Source: Eledone cirrhosa (taxonomy: Eukaryota). Taken from it: a stretch of 64,000 nucleotides of DNA. The position numbers were made by a program, and so were the translations under genes. Where the stretch lies: contig OZ024741.1 of assembly GCA_964016885.1 (NCBI GenBank), forward strand, positions 35,588,001 through 35,652,000, written 5' to 3'. This document shows, one piece after another, positions 24,030 to 38,111 of the stretch; the first letter of the stretch is position 1, and each line of letters begins with the position of its first letter. The notes beneath the pieces are model-generated. The model saw only the letters and a list, made by a program, of their open reading frames with translations, made no database searches and was not told where the DNA came from.

Positions 24030-25995
24030 TAGATGTCAGGTATACTTAGCATGCAGAGAAGCTGAGAGTAGGAGGTTTGCCAATGTTTTGCAATGAGAGG
24101 ATCAGAGGTGTGAAGTGTTCCGCATTGCAAGGCAGTGTGTCAGTGTAAATCAAGATGTTGTTGGAGATAAGTGTGTCCGAAATGATACTGGTACACTTAG
24201 AGTCACTGATGCTCAGAAAAAGGAAGCCTGGAAATGTCATTACAAGAGACTGATGGATGTTGAGAATGAATGGGGGAGAGAAAAACTACTCCCAACAGAC
24301 TCAATAGAGGGACTAGCTATTGAGAATGATGACTATAAGGTCAAAGAGGCAATTAAGGAAATGATAAGACTGCTGGACTGTCAGGGATAGTTGCTGAGAT
24401 GCTGAAGGCATCAGGAGAAGTAGAAACTAAACTGGTTGCATGCATAGTCAATCAAGCTATATATGGTTCAGTCATACCCAAAGACTGGTTTAGCAGTATT
24501 CTTGTAAATTGCTACAAAGATAAAGGGGATGCTCTGCAGAGGAGCAATTATAGGGGCATAAAACTGATGGATCAGGTTATGAAAGTGACAGAAAGAGTGC
24601 TAACACAACTAATTAGAGAAAGAGTCAAATTAGATGAGATGCAGTTTGGTTTTGTGCCTGGGAAGAGTACAACAGATGCCTTCTTCTTAGTGAGACAACT
24701 ACAAGAGATGTTCTTAGAGAAGAATAAGCCATTATATTTAGCTTTTGTTGAAGTAGAGAAGGCCTTTGACAAAGTACCCCGATCTGTCATCAGGTGGTCC
24801 CTAAGGAAACTAGGTGTAGAGGTATGGCTTGTGATGACAGTGCAAGCTATGTACAGAGGACCTGTCAGTAAAGTGAGAGTAGGAATTAGTTTAGTGAGGA
24901 ATTCCAGATACAAGTAAGAATTCATCAGAGTTCGATCCTCAGTCCACTCTTATTCATTATAGTTCTCCAAGCCATAACAGAGGAGTCTAAGACTGGCTGC
25001 CCATGGGAACTTCTCTATGCTGATGATCTGGTACTTATAGCAGAATCAGTAGAGGAGCTAGAGAATAAATTGTGGTTATGGACACAGCAGTTGGAATCAA
25101 GAGGACTGACATTGAACCTAGCTAAGACAAAAGTGTTGATAAGTAGAAAAGAGGACAAAACTCTGTTTCCATCAGGGAAATGGCCATGTTCAATATGTAG
25201 AAAAGGAGTTGGCAAAAATTCTATAGAATGTACACAATGCTGATCTTGGGTACACAAGAGGTGTAGTAGTATAGCAGGCAAACTAACAGGAAGGGAAAAC
25301 TTCATATGTGGTAGATGTTCAGGAAAATTTTATAGTAGAAGTATCAGTGATAGGCACACTTTTCAAATGCAGCCAGGATCTATAGAGGTGGTTGATAGCT
25401 TCTGAATCCTAGGTGATCAGTTTAGCAAGAGAGGAGGATGCTCCGAGGTCATAGTATCTAGAATAAGGACAGGATGGAAGAAATTTAGGGAGATGCTTCC
25501 TCTGTTGACAACGAAGGGTTTCTCCCTACAAATGAAAGGTTGGTTATATGATGCCTGTGTGAGATGCATGATGCTGCATTGTAGTGAGATATCGGAGGCA
25601 ACTGCAGAGGATATGTGATGGCGGAGAGAAATGAAGCAACCATGCTCCGATGGATGTGTAATGTCAATGTAGTTAACGACCAAGCATAGATGAGTTGAGA
25701 GTGAAACTGTAGTGTGCAGGAGAGAAGACTATGTTGGTATGGCCATGTGATTCGCATGGAAGATGACCGCTGGGTAAAGAAATGCCAAGAAATCCCAGTG
25801 GAAGGAAGACGCAGTAGAAGAAGACCACGAAAAACATGGGCGGAGGTGGTGAGAGCTGACCTTAGATTGCTGAACTTTACAGAGGAGATGACGAGGGACC
25901 GTGACGAATGGAGAGATGCTGTGCTGAAGAAGACCCGTCTCACCCTTGCAAGTAGGGAAAAGCAGACATAAAATGGTGATCATGCTGATGATTTC
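24030..25995 (+). mobile_element. Decayed RTE-clade LINE (short 3' UTR subfamily)
   Basis: Frameshifted fragments SNYRGIKL, MQFGFVPGKSTTDA, KAFDKVPR, YADD, PHD-like Cys cluster, RLCWYGHVIRM; ATG-like tail. Confidence 0.92.
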
Positions 25996-26488
25996 CCTGC
26001 TAGCAACAGTGTGGCAGATTTTTATAGACCAAGTCAGTACTGAAGCAGGGCTACTGATCTCCCAGAGAAGCTGATTGTATCATGTAATGTCTGTGTGTGT
26101 AGGTCTTGTAACTTAGTGGATCATGGTTCAACAAAAAAAGAGATTGATAAAATAAGTACCAGATTTGAAAAAAATAAGTACTAGGGTTGATATAGTAGAC
26201 TATCCCGTTAACCTTTAGCACGCTATACATTTTTATAAATTGTTTCCCTTGACACTGCATTATGTATTAAGGGGAGATTACTCTATTGGAAACATAATGC
26301 GTCTATAACGTCCAGAAGATTAAAGCAGAGTCCCAGCATGGCTGCAGTTCATTGACGGAAATCAATAAAATACTAAGAGAGCAGAGAAAAGTGTCTAAGG
26401 AAATTGATGGAGATGTGTGGCAGTAGGAATTATACAGTAATTGTGTATTTGAGTATGTGCGTGTATTAGAGATATTTGTCAAACATAC

Positions 26489-26591
26489 CTGCAAACGGTG
26501 CTCTTTTTTATCAACATCAAACTCGAGCAAAATAGTCTCAAAATTTTTTAAGATGCTAAAATGGTTAGCCATGTCTGTACTTAAAATAGAG
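26489..26591 (-). CDS. PDE9: PDE9-like exon (IL.TDM..H motif)
   Basis: ttttcag acceptor and GTATGT donor; 103 nt, completes the split codon AG|C; SILSTDMANHFSILKNFETILLEFDVDKKEHRLQ. Confidence 0.93.
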
Positions 26592-27009
26592 CTGAAAAGA
26601 GAAACCAAAAGTGATATTTGTCAAACATGCTCCTTCTTCTGCACAAAATAAACTTAACCCATTTATTACCATATTTCTAATGAAATACTGCCCATGATTT
26701 GGAGATAATTTTGAAAATAATCAAGAATTTGGAGAGATTTAGTGAAATAACTTTCTCATTATTAAACTTTTCATTACCATATTTCTAGTGAAAGTAACAA
26801 ATTATTTTTAAACAATATAAACATTTTAAAATAGGCAGTTTTGTGCCATTAGAACCACGGCTAGTTTTAGGTAGTTTGGTATACAAAATGTTAAGCTATA
26901 GTTTGGAGCATTAATTAACAAAATTTTCTGATATAAAAATATGATAGAAAGTCTTTAAATAAACAAAAACATTTTAAAGAAAACAGCTTTGTATCACAGA
27001 ATCAAAAAG

Positions 27010-27480
27010 GATGACTGTATGACAGCTGTGTGTGAAGTGCAATGGTGCATGGTAGATAAAACATGAGCTGTTACTGCAGAGGAACTGCAGAGGACATGCA
27101 TAGACTGGAAAGAAATGAAGCAACCATGCTTCATTTGATGTGCAATGAAAATGTGAGAGAAAGACAGAGCTTGTGTGAGTTGAAGGAGAAGCTGGGTTTA
27201 AGAAGAATCCAAAGTGGTGTGTAGGAGATAAGACTGAATTGGTATAGACATGTGATGTGCATGGATATTGATTGGTGGGTGAAGAAGTGCCAGGAAATCC
27301 CAGTGGAGGAAAACCAAGAAAGACCTAGGGAGAGGTGGTGAGAGCTGATCTCAAATCATTGAGACTCACAAAGGAGATGATGAAGGAAAGTGGTGAATGG
27401 AGAGATGCTGTGCTGAAAAGACCTGTCCAACCCATAAATAGATGGAAAAATTGGAAGTAAAAATGATGATGATGATGATG
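27010..27480 (+). mobile_element. RTE LINE 3' fragment
   Basis: Similar to 25550-25990; (GAT)n tail. Confidence 0.8.
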
Positions 27481-27684
27481 AACCAGGGGTAGTTTTAACA
27501 GAAAGGTTAAAGGAAATTAAATCAAGTAATAACTTAACTGTTTATCATTTTAAAATAAATTATTACATGTTTGATACTGGTTTTGGGAATTATTACATTT
27601 TACTAGTTTAATAAGCAGAGAATTAGAGTTATTAGAGTATAGGGCAAAATACTTTGCGCTATTTATTTTGGCTCTATACACTTT

Positions 27685-27870
27685 GAGTTCAAATCTTGCC
27701 AAGATAACTTTGTTTTTCACACTTTTGAGATCAGTTCAAACCATACCAAGATCAACTTTATTTTTCACATTTTGGGGATCAGTTCAAATTTTGCCAAGAT
27801 CAACTTTGTTTTTCCTATTTTGGGGATCAGTTCAAATCTTACCAAAATCAACTTTGTTTTTCACATTTTC
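27685..27870 (+). repeat. Tandem amplification (4 copies, ~48 bp) of the SINE B-box segment
   Basis: agttcaaatcttgccaagatcaactttgtttttcac..ttttggggatc repeated. Confidence 0.8.
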
Positions 27871-29884
27871 AAATAAAGTAGCAGTTCAAGGCAGTAGCAA
27901 ATTAGTGGGATTGTTAATGTATCAAACAAGATGCTTTGCAGTATTTGCTCCAGCTTTCTACCTGAGTTTAAATCTTGCTGTTGCCTACCTGAGTGGTAGA
28001 CTTAGTCTATCACTTGGTTTAACAACACCACCTCACCCTTGGGTGTCTTTAGCGGAGCCTACTCTGTAAGCATTAAAGCCAGATTTCTGGTTTGAGAATA
28101 CCTTCCTTTCTGTCTCCTCCTTCAGTTTCAGAGGTCCTGAAAAGGATCAAAGGCACAGCCTGTCTATCCCTGACTAAACAGTAAAAATAAAAATAAAAAT
28201 TCTATAGGAATTTTCAGGTATCATTTTTGTTCTATATACACCTATCCTGGTGCTACAACTAAACTCACAGACCTTTATTTGTAACAAAAGACACACTTCA
28301 CAGAATGATGGGAATAGAACCAGTGATAAATGTTATGAAGAGAAATAGAATGAGATGGCTGGGTCATGTGTTGAGGAAAGATGAAAGTGATCTGATGAGA
28401 AAGAAATGATGGAAATGAATGTAAAAGGAAGTAGACATAGCTAAAGATGATGACGGAGGAAATAAAGGGATGTAGACAATAGGGATAAATGGAGAAGTTT
28501 GTCATGGGGTCATCATTAGCAGGGAAGATGGCCTTAAAATGCTTGTTGTTCTTGATGATGATGATGTTTGACTGGTAATTATTTTATTGACTCTGATGAA
28601 GGTGGATGAAGGTCAGTGAAATAACAAACCTGCCAGAATATGGACTTAATGGTAAAAGCTGGTGATGATGATGATGATAAAAGGCATTCCAGGCCCGACT
28701 ATTTAAACTTTCTAGGAGTATATAGGACTAAATTATTTAATATCTCCTTTGCTTCTTAACTCAACTGATACCAGCTAACTTGAAATTTACCCTGGTTCTC
28801 TCATACAAAAACTGTGTTTTTTCTTTTTTAATCTAAACCTCTTCCATCATGAATTTATAGAGGAACCTTTAGAGTTTTTCATTAGAAATGGGTAATTAGA
28901 GAAGAGTTAAGATGTGGTTTATGTGCTTTAGAAGATCCCTTATTTGCTTGTATCTTTATGCAGTTACACAATGAAGTGTTTTTTAATTCTAATTGCAAGA
29001 AGAACTGGCCTGATTCTATTTTTAATTTTCCTGCTAATCTTCAGCATTAAAAATATAAAACAACATTATAGAAAGAAGCAGACAACAAAATTAGCTTTCA
29101 TTCCACTTGTTAAATCTAAATGTGTAATGAAGGATTAAAGTAATCATATAACAGGAGTGATGGTATAATGGTATAGTGACATTATGGAATAATTGGATTA
29201 AACAATGTCATTTCATTTGGACGATGCTGTTATCATCATTAATTTTCCACAGTAATTACAATCTCTGAGATTATGTTGATTAGGAAAATAGTAACTGAGT
29301 GGTAGAAGTTGTATTCAAAGTAGAAGCAAGAAAACAACAACAGCTACAACAGTAACTACATCAATAACAACAACAGCAACTACAGCATCAACAACAAGAA
29401 TAACAAGCTTCTCTGTTATACTTACACTGCTAACTATAGCAGCCAAATCCCCTCTAATCAGACCACATTGTCTTTCTTCCATTACTATACTTCTAATGAA
29501 AGACACTTCATATGATTTTCAAATAATTTTGGAAATAGAAATTTGGAGGGATTTAAGCAATATAATTAAATTTCTCATTATTAAGTTGGTTTTGGGAACA
29601 TAGCTTAACAAAGATTCTTACATGAAACACGATGGACAGTTTTTAGATGAAGATACACACTTTAAAGCAAACAACTTTATATCATAAAACCATGGGCACT
29701 TTCAGGAGATTTGGTATCATCATCATTTAATGTCCATCTTCCATGCTAGCATGGGTTAAGAAGTTAAAAACCAAAGGATATATTAGATGATATAATCCTA
29801 GATATACAATACCTGAATAAAAAGATCTGAGACAGTCATAATTAGAATGTATTTAATCACAGGTCTAGCATTGCTCTATTGGGT

Positions 29885-30200
29885 GTGTTGAGAGAAAAAA
29901 CTGTGTGTAAGAAGAATTAGATGTAGTGTGCAAGAGAGAAGATTGCCTGGTGCAGGCATGTAATGTGTATAGATGATGAATATTAGGTGACGAAATTCCA
30001 GGAATTCCCAATAGAAAGATGTTGTAGACATAAACTGAGGAAAAGTTGGGCAGAGGTAGTGAAAGTGGATCTCAGGATGTTGAACTTCACAAAGGAGATG
30101 GTAAAGGAAAGGGACAAGTGAAGGGACAGTGTACTACAGAAGCCACATCTAACACATGCAAGCATAGAAAATAAAAATGGATGTAAAAGTGATGATGATA
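29885..30200 (+). mobile_element. RTE LINE 3' fragment
   Basis: Similar to 25700-25990; (GAT)n tail. Confidence 0.75.
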
Positions 30201-30225
30201 AAACAACAAGAGAGAAATGTCTTAC

Positions 30226-30380
30226 CTAATAACACCTTGACGGATAATAGTGAATTGTTGTTGAGTTACATTCTTCAACAGTTCATATTTTTCTATTATT
30301 TGGAAAGCCACATCACAGTGATGGTTCTCTAATGGTGACATGTCATTATAAGTCCGTGCCAGTATGGTATGTGCATGCAC
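30226..30380 (-). CDS. PDE9: PDE9-like exon (YND.SPLENHH motif)
   Basis: cttcag acceptor and GTAAG donor; 155 nt, phase 0-2; VHAHTILARTYNDMSPLENHHCDVAFQIIEKYELLKNVTQQQFTIIRQGVI. Confidence 0.95.
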
Positions 30381-31511
30381 CTGAAGTGGAGAGAATAACA
30401 CATTGTTAACCATATATATAAAAATAATGATTAATTTGGTTAAAATGAAATCTGGAAAGATATGGTTGAAAATGCTAGAGAAAATAGAATTGAATAAAAA
30501 CTTTTCTGTAACTATTATTATTATCCATTCCTAACATTTTCAGTTATTAACTCAAAACATCCTGTAGTGATTCAGCAGAAAATATCTAAAAGCTAACTTA
30601 TTATTCAAATGTTTATAGTATCTTTATTAGTGAACAGAGCATTGTAAAATTTTGCAGTAAACTAAAGTAAAAACTTCAATTTTTAATGAGATGCAGTCAT
30701 ACTGCTATTTTATACTTTTCAAAAATGTCTTCCTAATGTGGTTTCATGTGGTACAGGTTGTTAAGAATTAAACATTTTTAATTAAAATCAAAAACTACAG
30801 AATGTCAAATTCAAAAATAAGTGTTTTTTCCATCCAGTCTGAAAATACAAATATCCTTAGTATTGGTGATCTACACGATAAACACACCCTGTAAAGTAGT
30901 TCGGGATAAGAAGGAAACCCAGCCATAGAAAAAATAAATAAAGAGTTAGGAGGACTCTTTGACTGTGTGAAAGACATGTCAATCTTCCTTGTGTTGATGC
31001 TATGATAAAAGGCATTTGGTACAGTTCTGGATGGTATGCAAATGAGATGAAGACTACTGATGTATTTGAATAGTCAGTACAGTACAGGAACATATGTGAG
31101 ATGTAAACCCCCAACTCATCTGAGAAGTCAGTAGCTCTGCTTCAGTATTGACTCAGTCTGTCAAGACCTGTCCAACCCTTGCTAGCATGGAAGCCAGACG
31201 TTACAAGATGATAAATTTTCATTGTCATCATTGCCATCATCGTCGTTACACCTGCTTTTCTATGCTGGTATTGAAGCAGATATAGCAGTGCTATAGGTGT
31301 GTTTAATCACAGGGGACTTGATACTAAACAACAATAACATAAATACTGGATTAAAGGAAAGATTAAATGTAGCTTTAAATGTAACTTTCTTTTTCTACTT
31401 AGTAGATCTGGAGGAAAGAGCAGTGACCATAACGTTTGCAGGCTCCAGGAAACTAATGAGGTTGATGTCAATGTCATCTCTAAACCATTGCAAGTTATAA
31501 GATTCAATAAT

Positions 31512-31818
31512 TTTAACCCTTTTGATACCAAACTGCCTGAAGCCACCTCTGGTTCTATGACACAAAACTGTTTGTTTTGAAATATTCTCATATTTCCAAT
31601 GAAAGGCACTGCTTATGATTTACAAATATATATTTTTTAAGTAATCAATAATTTGGAGGGATTTAGTAATACAACTAATTAACTTTCTGTGGAACTTAAC
31701 TAAGGTTATTTATAAAATTGCAATAGGTTTTCAGACAAATATAAATACTTAAAAAAAAATAGCTTTGTATCATGGAACCAGGGGTGGTTTCAGCTAGTTT
31801 GGTAACAAAAGGATTAAA
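31512..31818. mobile_element. TTAA-flanked MITE with ~70-bp imperfect TIRs (second family)
   Basis: ttaacccttttgataccaaactgcc.. / ..gctagtttggtaacaaaaggattaa; related partial copies near 2922-3330, 22394-22850, 26655-27000, 29490-29720. Confidence 0.7.
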
Positions 31819-33036
31819 ATGCCAATATATTACACATCTGAATGGTTAACTGTAGAAAAAGCATCTAGCCGCATAAACACTTGCTCTGAAAGAGAAATGG
31901 CCCATTTCACTTGTTAGGAGTTCAACTAATGTTTGAGAATATCACTATCCCTTAGGCCTTCTGTCATTCACTTTAACCCGTCCATTACCATATTACTAAT
32001 GAAAAACACTACCTTTCATTTTCATATAATCAGACCCGGTATCAGAATGAGTACAGCTTTCATTATGTAAAATCTCCCCATTTTGGGGCACTTTTTTTCA
32101 TAGTACTCCTTGCTTAGGTTTTTAGAGGTTGGCAGGTCTGTACAATCTTGAAAATCCTCATTATCTTGCTGTGCTGGTTGCATGGATCATCATGACTCTC
32201 CTACATCCATTGCTCATGGCAGGTCCTCCAGATTGCACTCAGCATCCTTACAGCAAGAATTTGGAGAGATTTAATAATATAACTGACTTTCTCATTATTA
32301 ACCTGATAGAAATAACAGCTAAATATATCCTCAATCCAACCCTATCATTTTTAAAAAGTAAGAACACACTGAAAAATGTACTCCTAGCTAAACAGAAACG
32401 ATGGGATGGTCAATGTTAGAATGTCTCTTATGATGGGACTGCTCAATCATGTCTGATCTGTGGATAAAGAACAATGTCAACAACATTTGTTTCCATAAAT
32501 TGTGAAGAAAATATCCAAATCATCATCATCATTGTTTTTATGTTCATTTTCTTTTTCATGCTGGCATGATGTGGATGAGACTTCATGAAGTAGTGTTTCT
32601 ATGGTTGGATGCCCTTCCTGACACCAACCCACTGCAGGACATAAATAAATGTCACTGGTTGCTTTCATCATCATCATTTTACATCCGCTTTATGTTGTCG
32701 ATATGAAGATGTATACAGTAAACTGACACACATATAAACATGCATACATAATGGGCTTCTTTCTAGTTTCCATTGACTAAGTTCACTGACAAGATATTGG
32801 TCAGCCCAAAACTTTAGTAGAAGACACATGCCTAATGTGCTATTGAGTATGATGAAATCTCATATCATGAGCTGCAAAGTAAAATTCTTAATCACAGTCA
32901 TGCCTGCACCTATACACACACACATACATACACACACACACACATATATATATATATACATACACACACATATATACATAAATGTATATATATATACATG
33001 CACACACATATATACATAAACGTATATATATATATA

Positions 33037-34045
33037 TCATCATCATCATCGTTTAACGTCCCTGTTCCACGCTTGCATGGGTTTGGACGGGGGTTTTCCC
33101 ACTTGAGGCAAGAGTGGTTGTCTTGCTCGCATAGGACTGTCTGGCAGGTTTTCTACAGCTGGATGCCCTTCCTAACACCAACCACATTTACAGTGTGGGA
33201 CTGGGAGGTTTTTACCGTGTTGCCTACATGGCCACATTACAGCGTGGACTGTGTGTTTTTTTGTCGTGACACCTACACGATCTCATTTGTTTCGGCCTGG
33301 ATGTTGTGGCACCAACATAACTTTGCATTGAAGGGGGCGGTGTGGATGGGGTGGGACGGGAGTGTATTTTGTTAGAGATGCCTACTGACTAGTAGGTTTT
33401 ACTTTGTATTTAGGTAAGGCGGGTCTTCTCTGTTACTGAGTACCGCCAAAGGTCTCAGTCCAGTGACATTGTCTTGGAGAGGTGTAAGTGTGTGAGGTCG
33501 GAATTTATCAGCTCGTCCCAGGTTTTCCTGGGTCTGCCTACTCCGTGGCTACCATCTATCTTTATTGGCCTGCACTTTGTTATACAGCTGTCGTCTTTCA
33601 TGCGCATCACGTGACCATACCAACGTAGCCTTCTCTCGAGTAAACAACATCTGATCCCTCTTATTTCTAATTTTTTCCTTAGTTCGTTTATGCTTTGCCG
33701 TTCACGTATATTACTATTACACATCCAGCGGAGCATGCAAGCTTCGTTTTTCTCTAGTCTGCGTATATCCTCTGCACACAATGCCCAGGTCTCACTGCCA
33801 TGCAACATTGCTGTTCGTATGCAGGCATCATACAACCTGCCTTTCATTTTTAGGGAGAACCCTTTAGCGGCTAATAGTGGTATAAGCTCTCTGAACTTTT
33901 TCCATCCAGTTCTAACTCTAGCTACTGTACTTTCAGAGCACCCTCCCCCACTGCTGATTTTGTCACCCAGGTAACGGAAGCTGTCCACTATTTCTATAGA
34001 ACCCTCTGCGCAATTGAAAGAGTTAGTATTTTGTGGGCACTTGCT
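33037..34045 (-). mobile_element. 5'-truncated RTE LINE with long 3' UTR
   Basis: ORF 33455-33988 closely similar to 14726-15844; followed by the same type of 3' UTR and (ATG)n tail. Confidence 0.92.
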
Positions 34046-34163
34046 GCTACTTACACATACACAATATATACATACTCATACATATACACACACACACTCA
34101 CACATATATATATAATCTGATAACTTCCACCTCAAAAAAGATAGCCCATGATGAAGTACTTAC

Positions 34164-34286
34164 ATGATAAAAATTGTTAAAACCAGAATGTTCCAGATCA
34201 TGACAGATTGCAGCTAGAAGTAATGCGAGGATCTCTTCTTCAGAAAATATGCTGCACAAATCTAAAAGCCAAATAAGGCAATACAA
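34164..34286 (-). CDS. PDE9: PDE9-like phosphodiesterase, internal coding exon with HD metal-binding motif (first exon seen in window)
   Basis: ttccag acceptor and GTAAGT donor; 123 nt, phase 0-0; LYCLIWLLDLCSIFSEEEILALLLAAICHDLEHSGFNNFYH resembles the class I PDE AAICHDLDHPGYNN segment as I recall it from PDE9A. Confidence 0.93.
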
Positions 34287-34856
34287 CTGGAAAAGAAACA
34301 AAAACGACATGAAAACTCCAAGAATTATTACAACAGTTAATAAATTAAAATATTTCATCATTTTACGTCTGCTTTTCCGTGACCAAGGCACCCTATCTTA
34401 GGAGATCTCAAGGACTCCAAGACTTTTCTCCAAGACTGTAACGGAAGAGAAATAATTCCTAGTCTTACGTGTTATCTTTACACTCTGGGAGGAGGAAGAG
34501 AGAGACTGTGAGAGGGAAGGACAGAGAGAAAGATATGGAAGAGTAGAGAGCAAAGGGATGGAGGGATAGAGAAAAAAGCTGGAGGGGAGAGGGAGGAGGG
34601 AGAAAGATGTGGGTTTCCAGTTACGATTCAAGAAATTTGGGCTTCTAATAAAATATATAAAATACTTCACATATTGAACACATACATATATATATAGGAC
34701 AGTGAATTAGCAGTACCATTAGAACATTGGATATTATACTTTGCAGTATTTGTTCTAGATCTCTGTAAATTAGGTTCAAATCTCTCAACTTTGCCATTCA
34801 TCCTTTAAGGTTGATAAACAAAACACTAGTCCAGTATTGGGGTATATACATATATA

Positions 34857-36214
34857 CAGAGTGACTAAAAAAATGGTCCCATTTTATTTTTAGACTGTAT
34901 TATGCATTTTTTGAGAAAAAAAAAAAAATCAAGCTTTGAATATATTTGGGTTCAAACCATTAAAAACAACATCAAAAATTCACTATCTTCTGATGTTTCT
35001 GTTCAGAGTTACAGCACATCTTCCAAGTAATTCCCATTTGAATTCATGCATTTTTTGAGGCACATGTTAAGTTTAGCATAACATCTTTATAAACAAACCT
35101 AGGTATGGTTCTGATCTCCTCCTTGATGTTTTCCTTTAACCGTGATGATCCTGGGTTTGTTGACATATACCCTATCCTTCAGATAGTCCCAAAGGAAGAA
35201 ATTTGTGGTGGTTAAATGAAAGCTGTGTGGGGCCCACTTACAGTCTTCAAACTGATCACATGATTTCCAAAGTTTTTTTTTTCAGCCATTCTCACAACTC
35301 ACTGGAGATGTGAAGGCTTGTCCATCTGGCTGGAACCAAAACTTATTAATTAGAGATGGGTATATGGTCTGTAGCTCTTTTTTTGGAGTCTTCCAGGACC
35401 TCCACATAGTGTTCCTTTGTGACTGTAGCAGTGATACCATTGTCTTTGAAGTAGAATGGGCTAATCAACCCTCTCTCAAAAATGGCAGCCCATATAAGAC
35501 ATTTAACTGAGTGGAGAGGTTTTACAGTTACTTCAGTGGATTTCTTTGATCCCCTAGAACACATTGTTCTTAGAGTTGATCTTTCCCTTTAAGTGAAACT
35601 GGACTTCATCAGAGGTTTACAGAAGATTCAGAAACTTTGGGTTGTTTTCAACCTTCTCCAGAATTTTCTCAGTCATAGCCTTTCTCTTGGTTTTATAAGC
35701 TATAGTAACCTTTTGTTTAATCTGTATTCTATAGGGGCACTTCTTAAGATTCTCTTTGACAACCCTTCTGCAAGTTTCTCTGGAGATACTCAAAGATTGG
35801 CTTTTCCTGTGTAGTGATTGTTTTGGGTTCTATTCACCAAACAGTCAGACCATGTTAATAACATCCTGTGTACACTTCCTTAGTTATCCAGGGTGTGTAG
35901 GATGGTCCTCAGCTATTGTTTTGAGGTTCTCCACTGACCCATACGTCTCCAACTTCTCTAGTTTCATATATTGGCATAGAGGAAGATTTGTCTATTCCAA
36001 AAAATACATGAAATTGCTCCTGGACCTGCTTGTATGAGTCATATTTAGAGTAGTGTTTCACACAGAAAATCCAGTGCTGGAGCTCCCATTGGGATCTTGT
36101 TGTCTTTTAAGATGTTGTGTATGGCATGTCCTGAAATTTAGGGTTGGTTGGTTAGAAAATGAATATACAGTAACACAAAACATACACGGGACCAGTTGTT
36201 TATGACTCAACCTG
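34857..36214 (-). mobile_element. Decayed Tc1/mariner-superfamily DNA transposon (~1.36 kb)
   Basis: TA-flanked imperfect TIRs (cagagtgact..tggtccc / gggacca..tgactcaacctg); transposase remnants SDEVQFHL, HSVKCLIWAAI..GLISPFYF, WFQPDG, WAPHS.HLT..NFFLWDYLKDRVY. Confidence 0.88.
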
Positions 36215-37609
36215 TATATATCATCATCATCATCATTTTCCCTGCTTGCAAGGGCTGGACGGGTTCTATTCAGCATATATAAACATCTTAAAATGTTACA
36301 ATCAAAATACAGAAAGATATAACAGTTTCAAGAGGAAATGTTCAATAGAGCTTATAAGTAGAATAAATAGAATGAGTTTTACAGTATTTGATGAGATGAA
36401 GAAAGCTAGTGCATGCGTACTAATAAGCTAATGGTATATATAACTTAAGTAAGCCAAATACTCAAATATATTGTTAATTGCTATCACACATAAAAATATG
36501 TAATATTAATCCTAATAATACAGGGAATAATAATAATTTCTTTGACAACATTTAATTGTTTTAACAACTGTTCTAGCAATGAGTTTTCTGATTTTTATAT
36601 ATAATAATTTCTTTATTTTTAATAATTTCTTAATTAATACTAGTAATAATAATAATAAGTAAATGAAGTAATTATGTTGAAAGTAAAATATATATAAGGA
36701 TACACAAGCTGTAGTACTAATGTAACTTTTACCACAATTAATAAACATGATTCAGATATATCACAATGTTTCTGTCATTTCCTATTCCTACATTAAAATA
36801 TTTATGAATAGCAATTGTCAACACACACATATATATGCATATACTCGGCCAATTATTTACACACACATATGTAGCTAAACTGCGTCATATTTTTCTCACA
36901 ATGGTTTTCAAAGTCTGCCACATACGACCACCAAAAGACTGACCTACAACATCAGAGCCACAAAATTAGATAATTGTTTCTACTTTTGGCACAAGGCCAG
37001 CAATTATCCAGTGCATTACTGGTACTTTATTTTATCGACCCCGTAAGGATGAAAGACAAAGTTAACCTCGGCTGGATTTGAACTCAGAATGGCAAGGGCC
37101 GTAACTCTATGCGTCAAAGCATGGCGTCCGACCCTCTACCGATACTGCCAATCCACCAAGAAGCTCACGGCACCAGATTGTCTGAAAAGAGGACAGTTCT
37201 AAAGACCATCGATCTAATCTTTCTGGGCAACCTAATCCTTATATATACAAGAGATTTCGACCCCCAAAGATAGTCTGCTTTTCGACTCTGAAACAGACAG
37301 ATAGCTTGTGTGGACAGCCTTACAATGTAACCACACACACATACACACACACTCGCTAGCCAACCCTGCTGAGATCGACACTAGTTGAGCTTGCTACCAA
37401 CATTCATCAAATAAACAGGTTAGTAAAATTACTTCTTTGGAATTCTATATTTGCACACATAACACACTACAACTATATGTGCATCTTTTTTGTTGTTCAT
37501 TGCTGCACATGATTTCGAATCATGTTACGAATAAAAACATTAAAATTAGCAGCATCTTGTTTATTTTTTAATTCTTATCCATGTGATTTGGGAAAATCAT
37601 CTTCCTGAT

Positions 37610-38111
37610 GGTAATATCACTTCACACTACCTCCAGCCACAACCTGGTGCAGTCTGCGACTAACCCAGGTTCTGCTGCACGTTGGGCTGAGGAGGCCAAA
37701 CTCTTCAAATACCGGTCGCTCCCCGACAGGTTTGTGGTTGTACCCTTGGCAGTGGAGACTTCTGGTGTCCTCGGCCCTAGGGCTACCTCCCTACTCACTA
37801 ACATAGGCGCTGAGTGGGCCAGCCGCAGGTGTGAGCTTCGCAAGCTGGAATGGCTTTTCCAGCACATGTCCTTTGCCATCCTCCGGGGAAACCACCTTCT
37901 CCATTCTGTCTGCTGGGGCTGTGGGGAGGCCACCAAATGATTGACTGACTTGTCATTTTATCAGTCAGATGTTCTAATGATTCTATATATATACATACAC
38001 ACACGTTCATTGTCCCCAGCTGGCAGCTATTTATGGCGTTAATGGTGTTATCAACATTGACCAATAATTCCGGTGTTTAATAGCAACAGTAATAATAATA
38101 ATAATAATAAT
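37610..38111 (+). mobile_element. 3' fragment of a CRE-type (restriction-like endonuclease) non-LTR retrotransposon
   Basis: GSAARWAEEAKLFKY...VPLAVETSGVLG...LFQHMSFAILRGN fits the RLE C-terminal pattern A..AE..K..KY / P.A.ET.G / QR.S.A..RGN; locally GC-rich; (TAA)n tail. Confidence 0.8.

Noticed and set aside
28593-28625. CTGATGA...GAAA
   Set aside because: No pairing stems; lies in a decayed SINE-like segment
36512-36748. ORF containing FQHNYF as the missing PDE YHN exon
   Set aside because: No H..V.Q continuation or suitable splice sites; low-complexity AT-rich sequence
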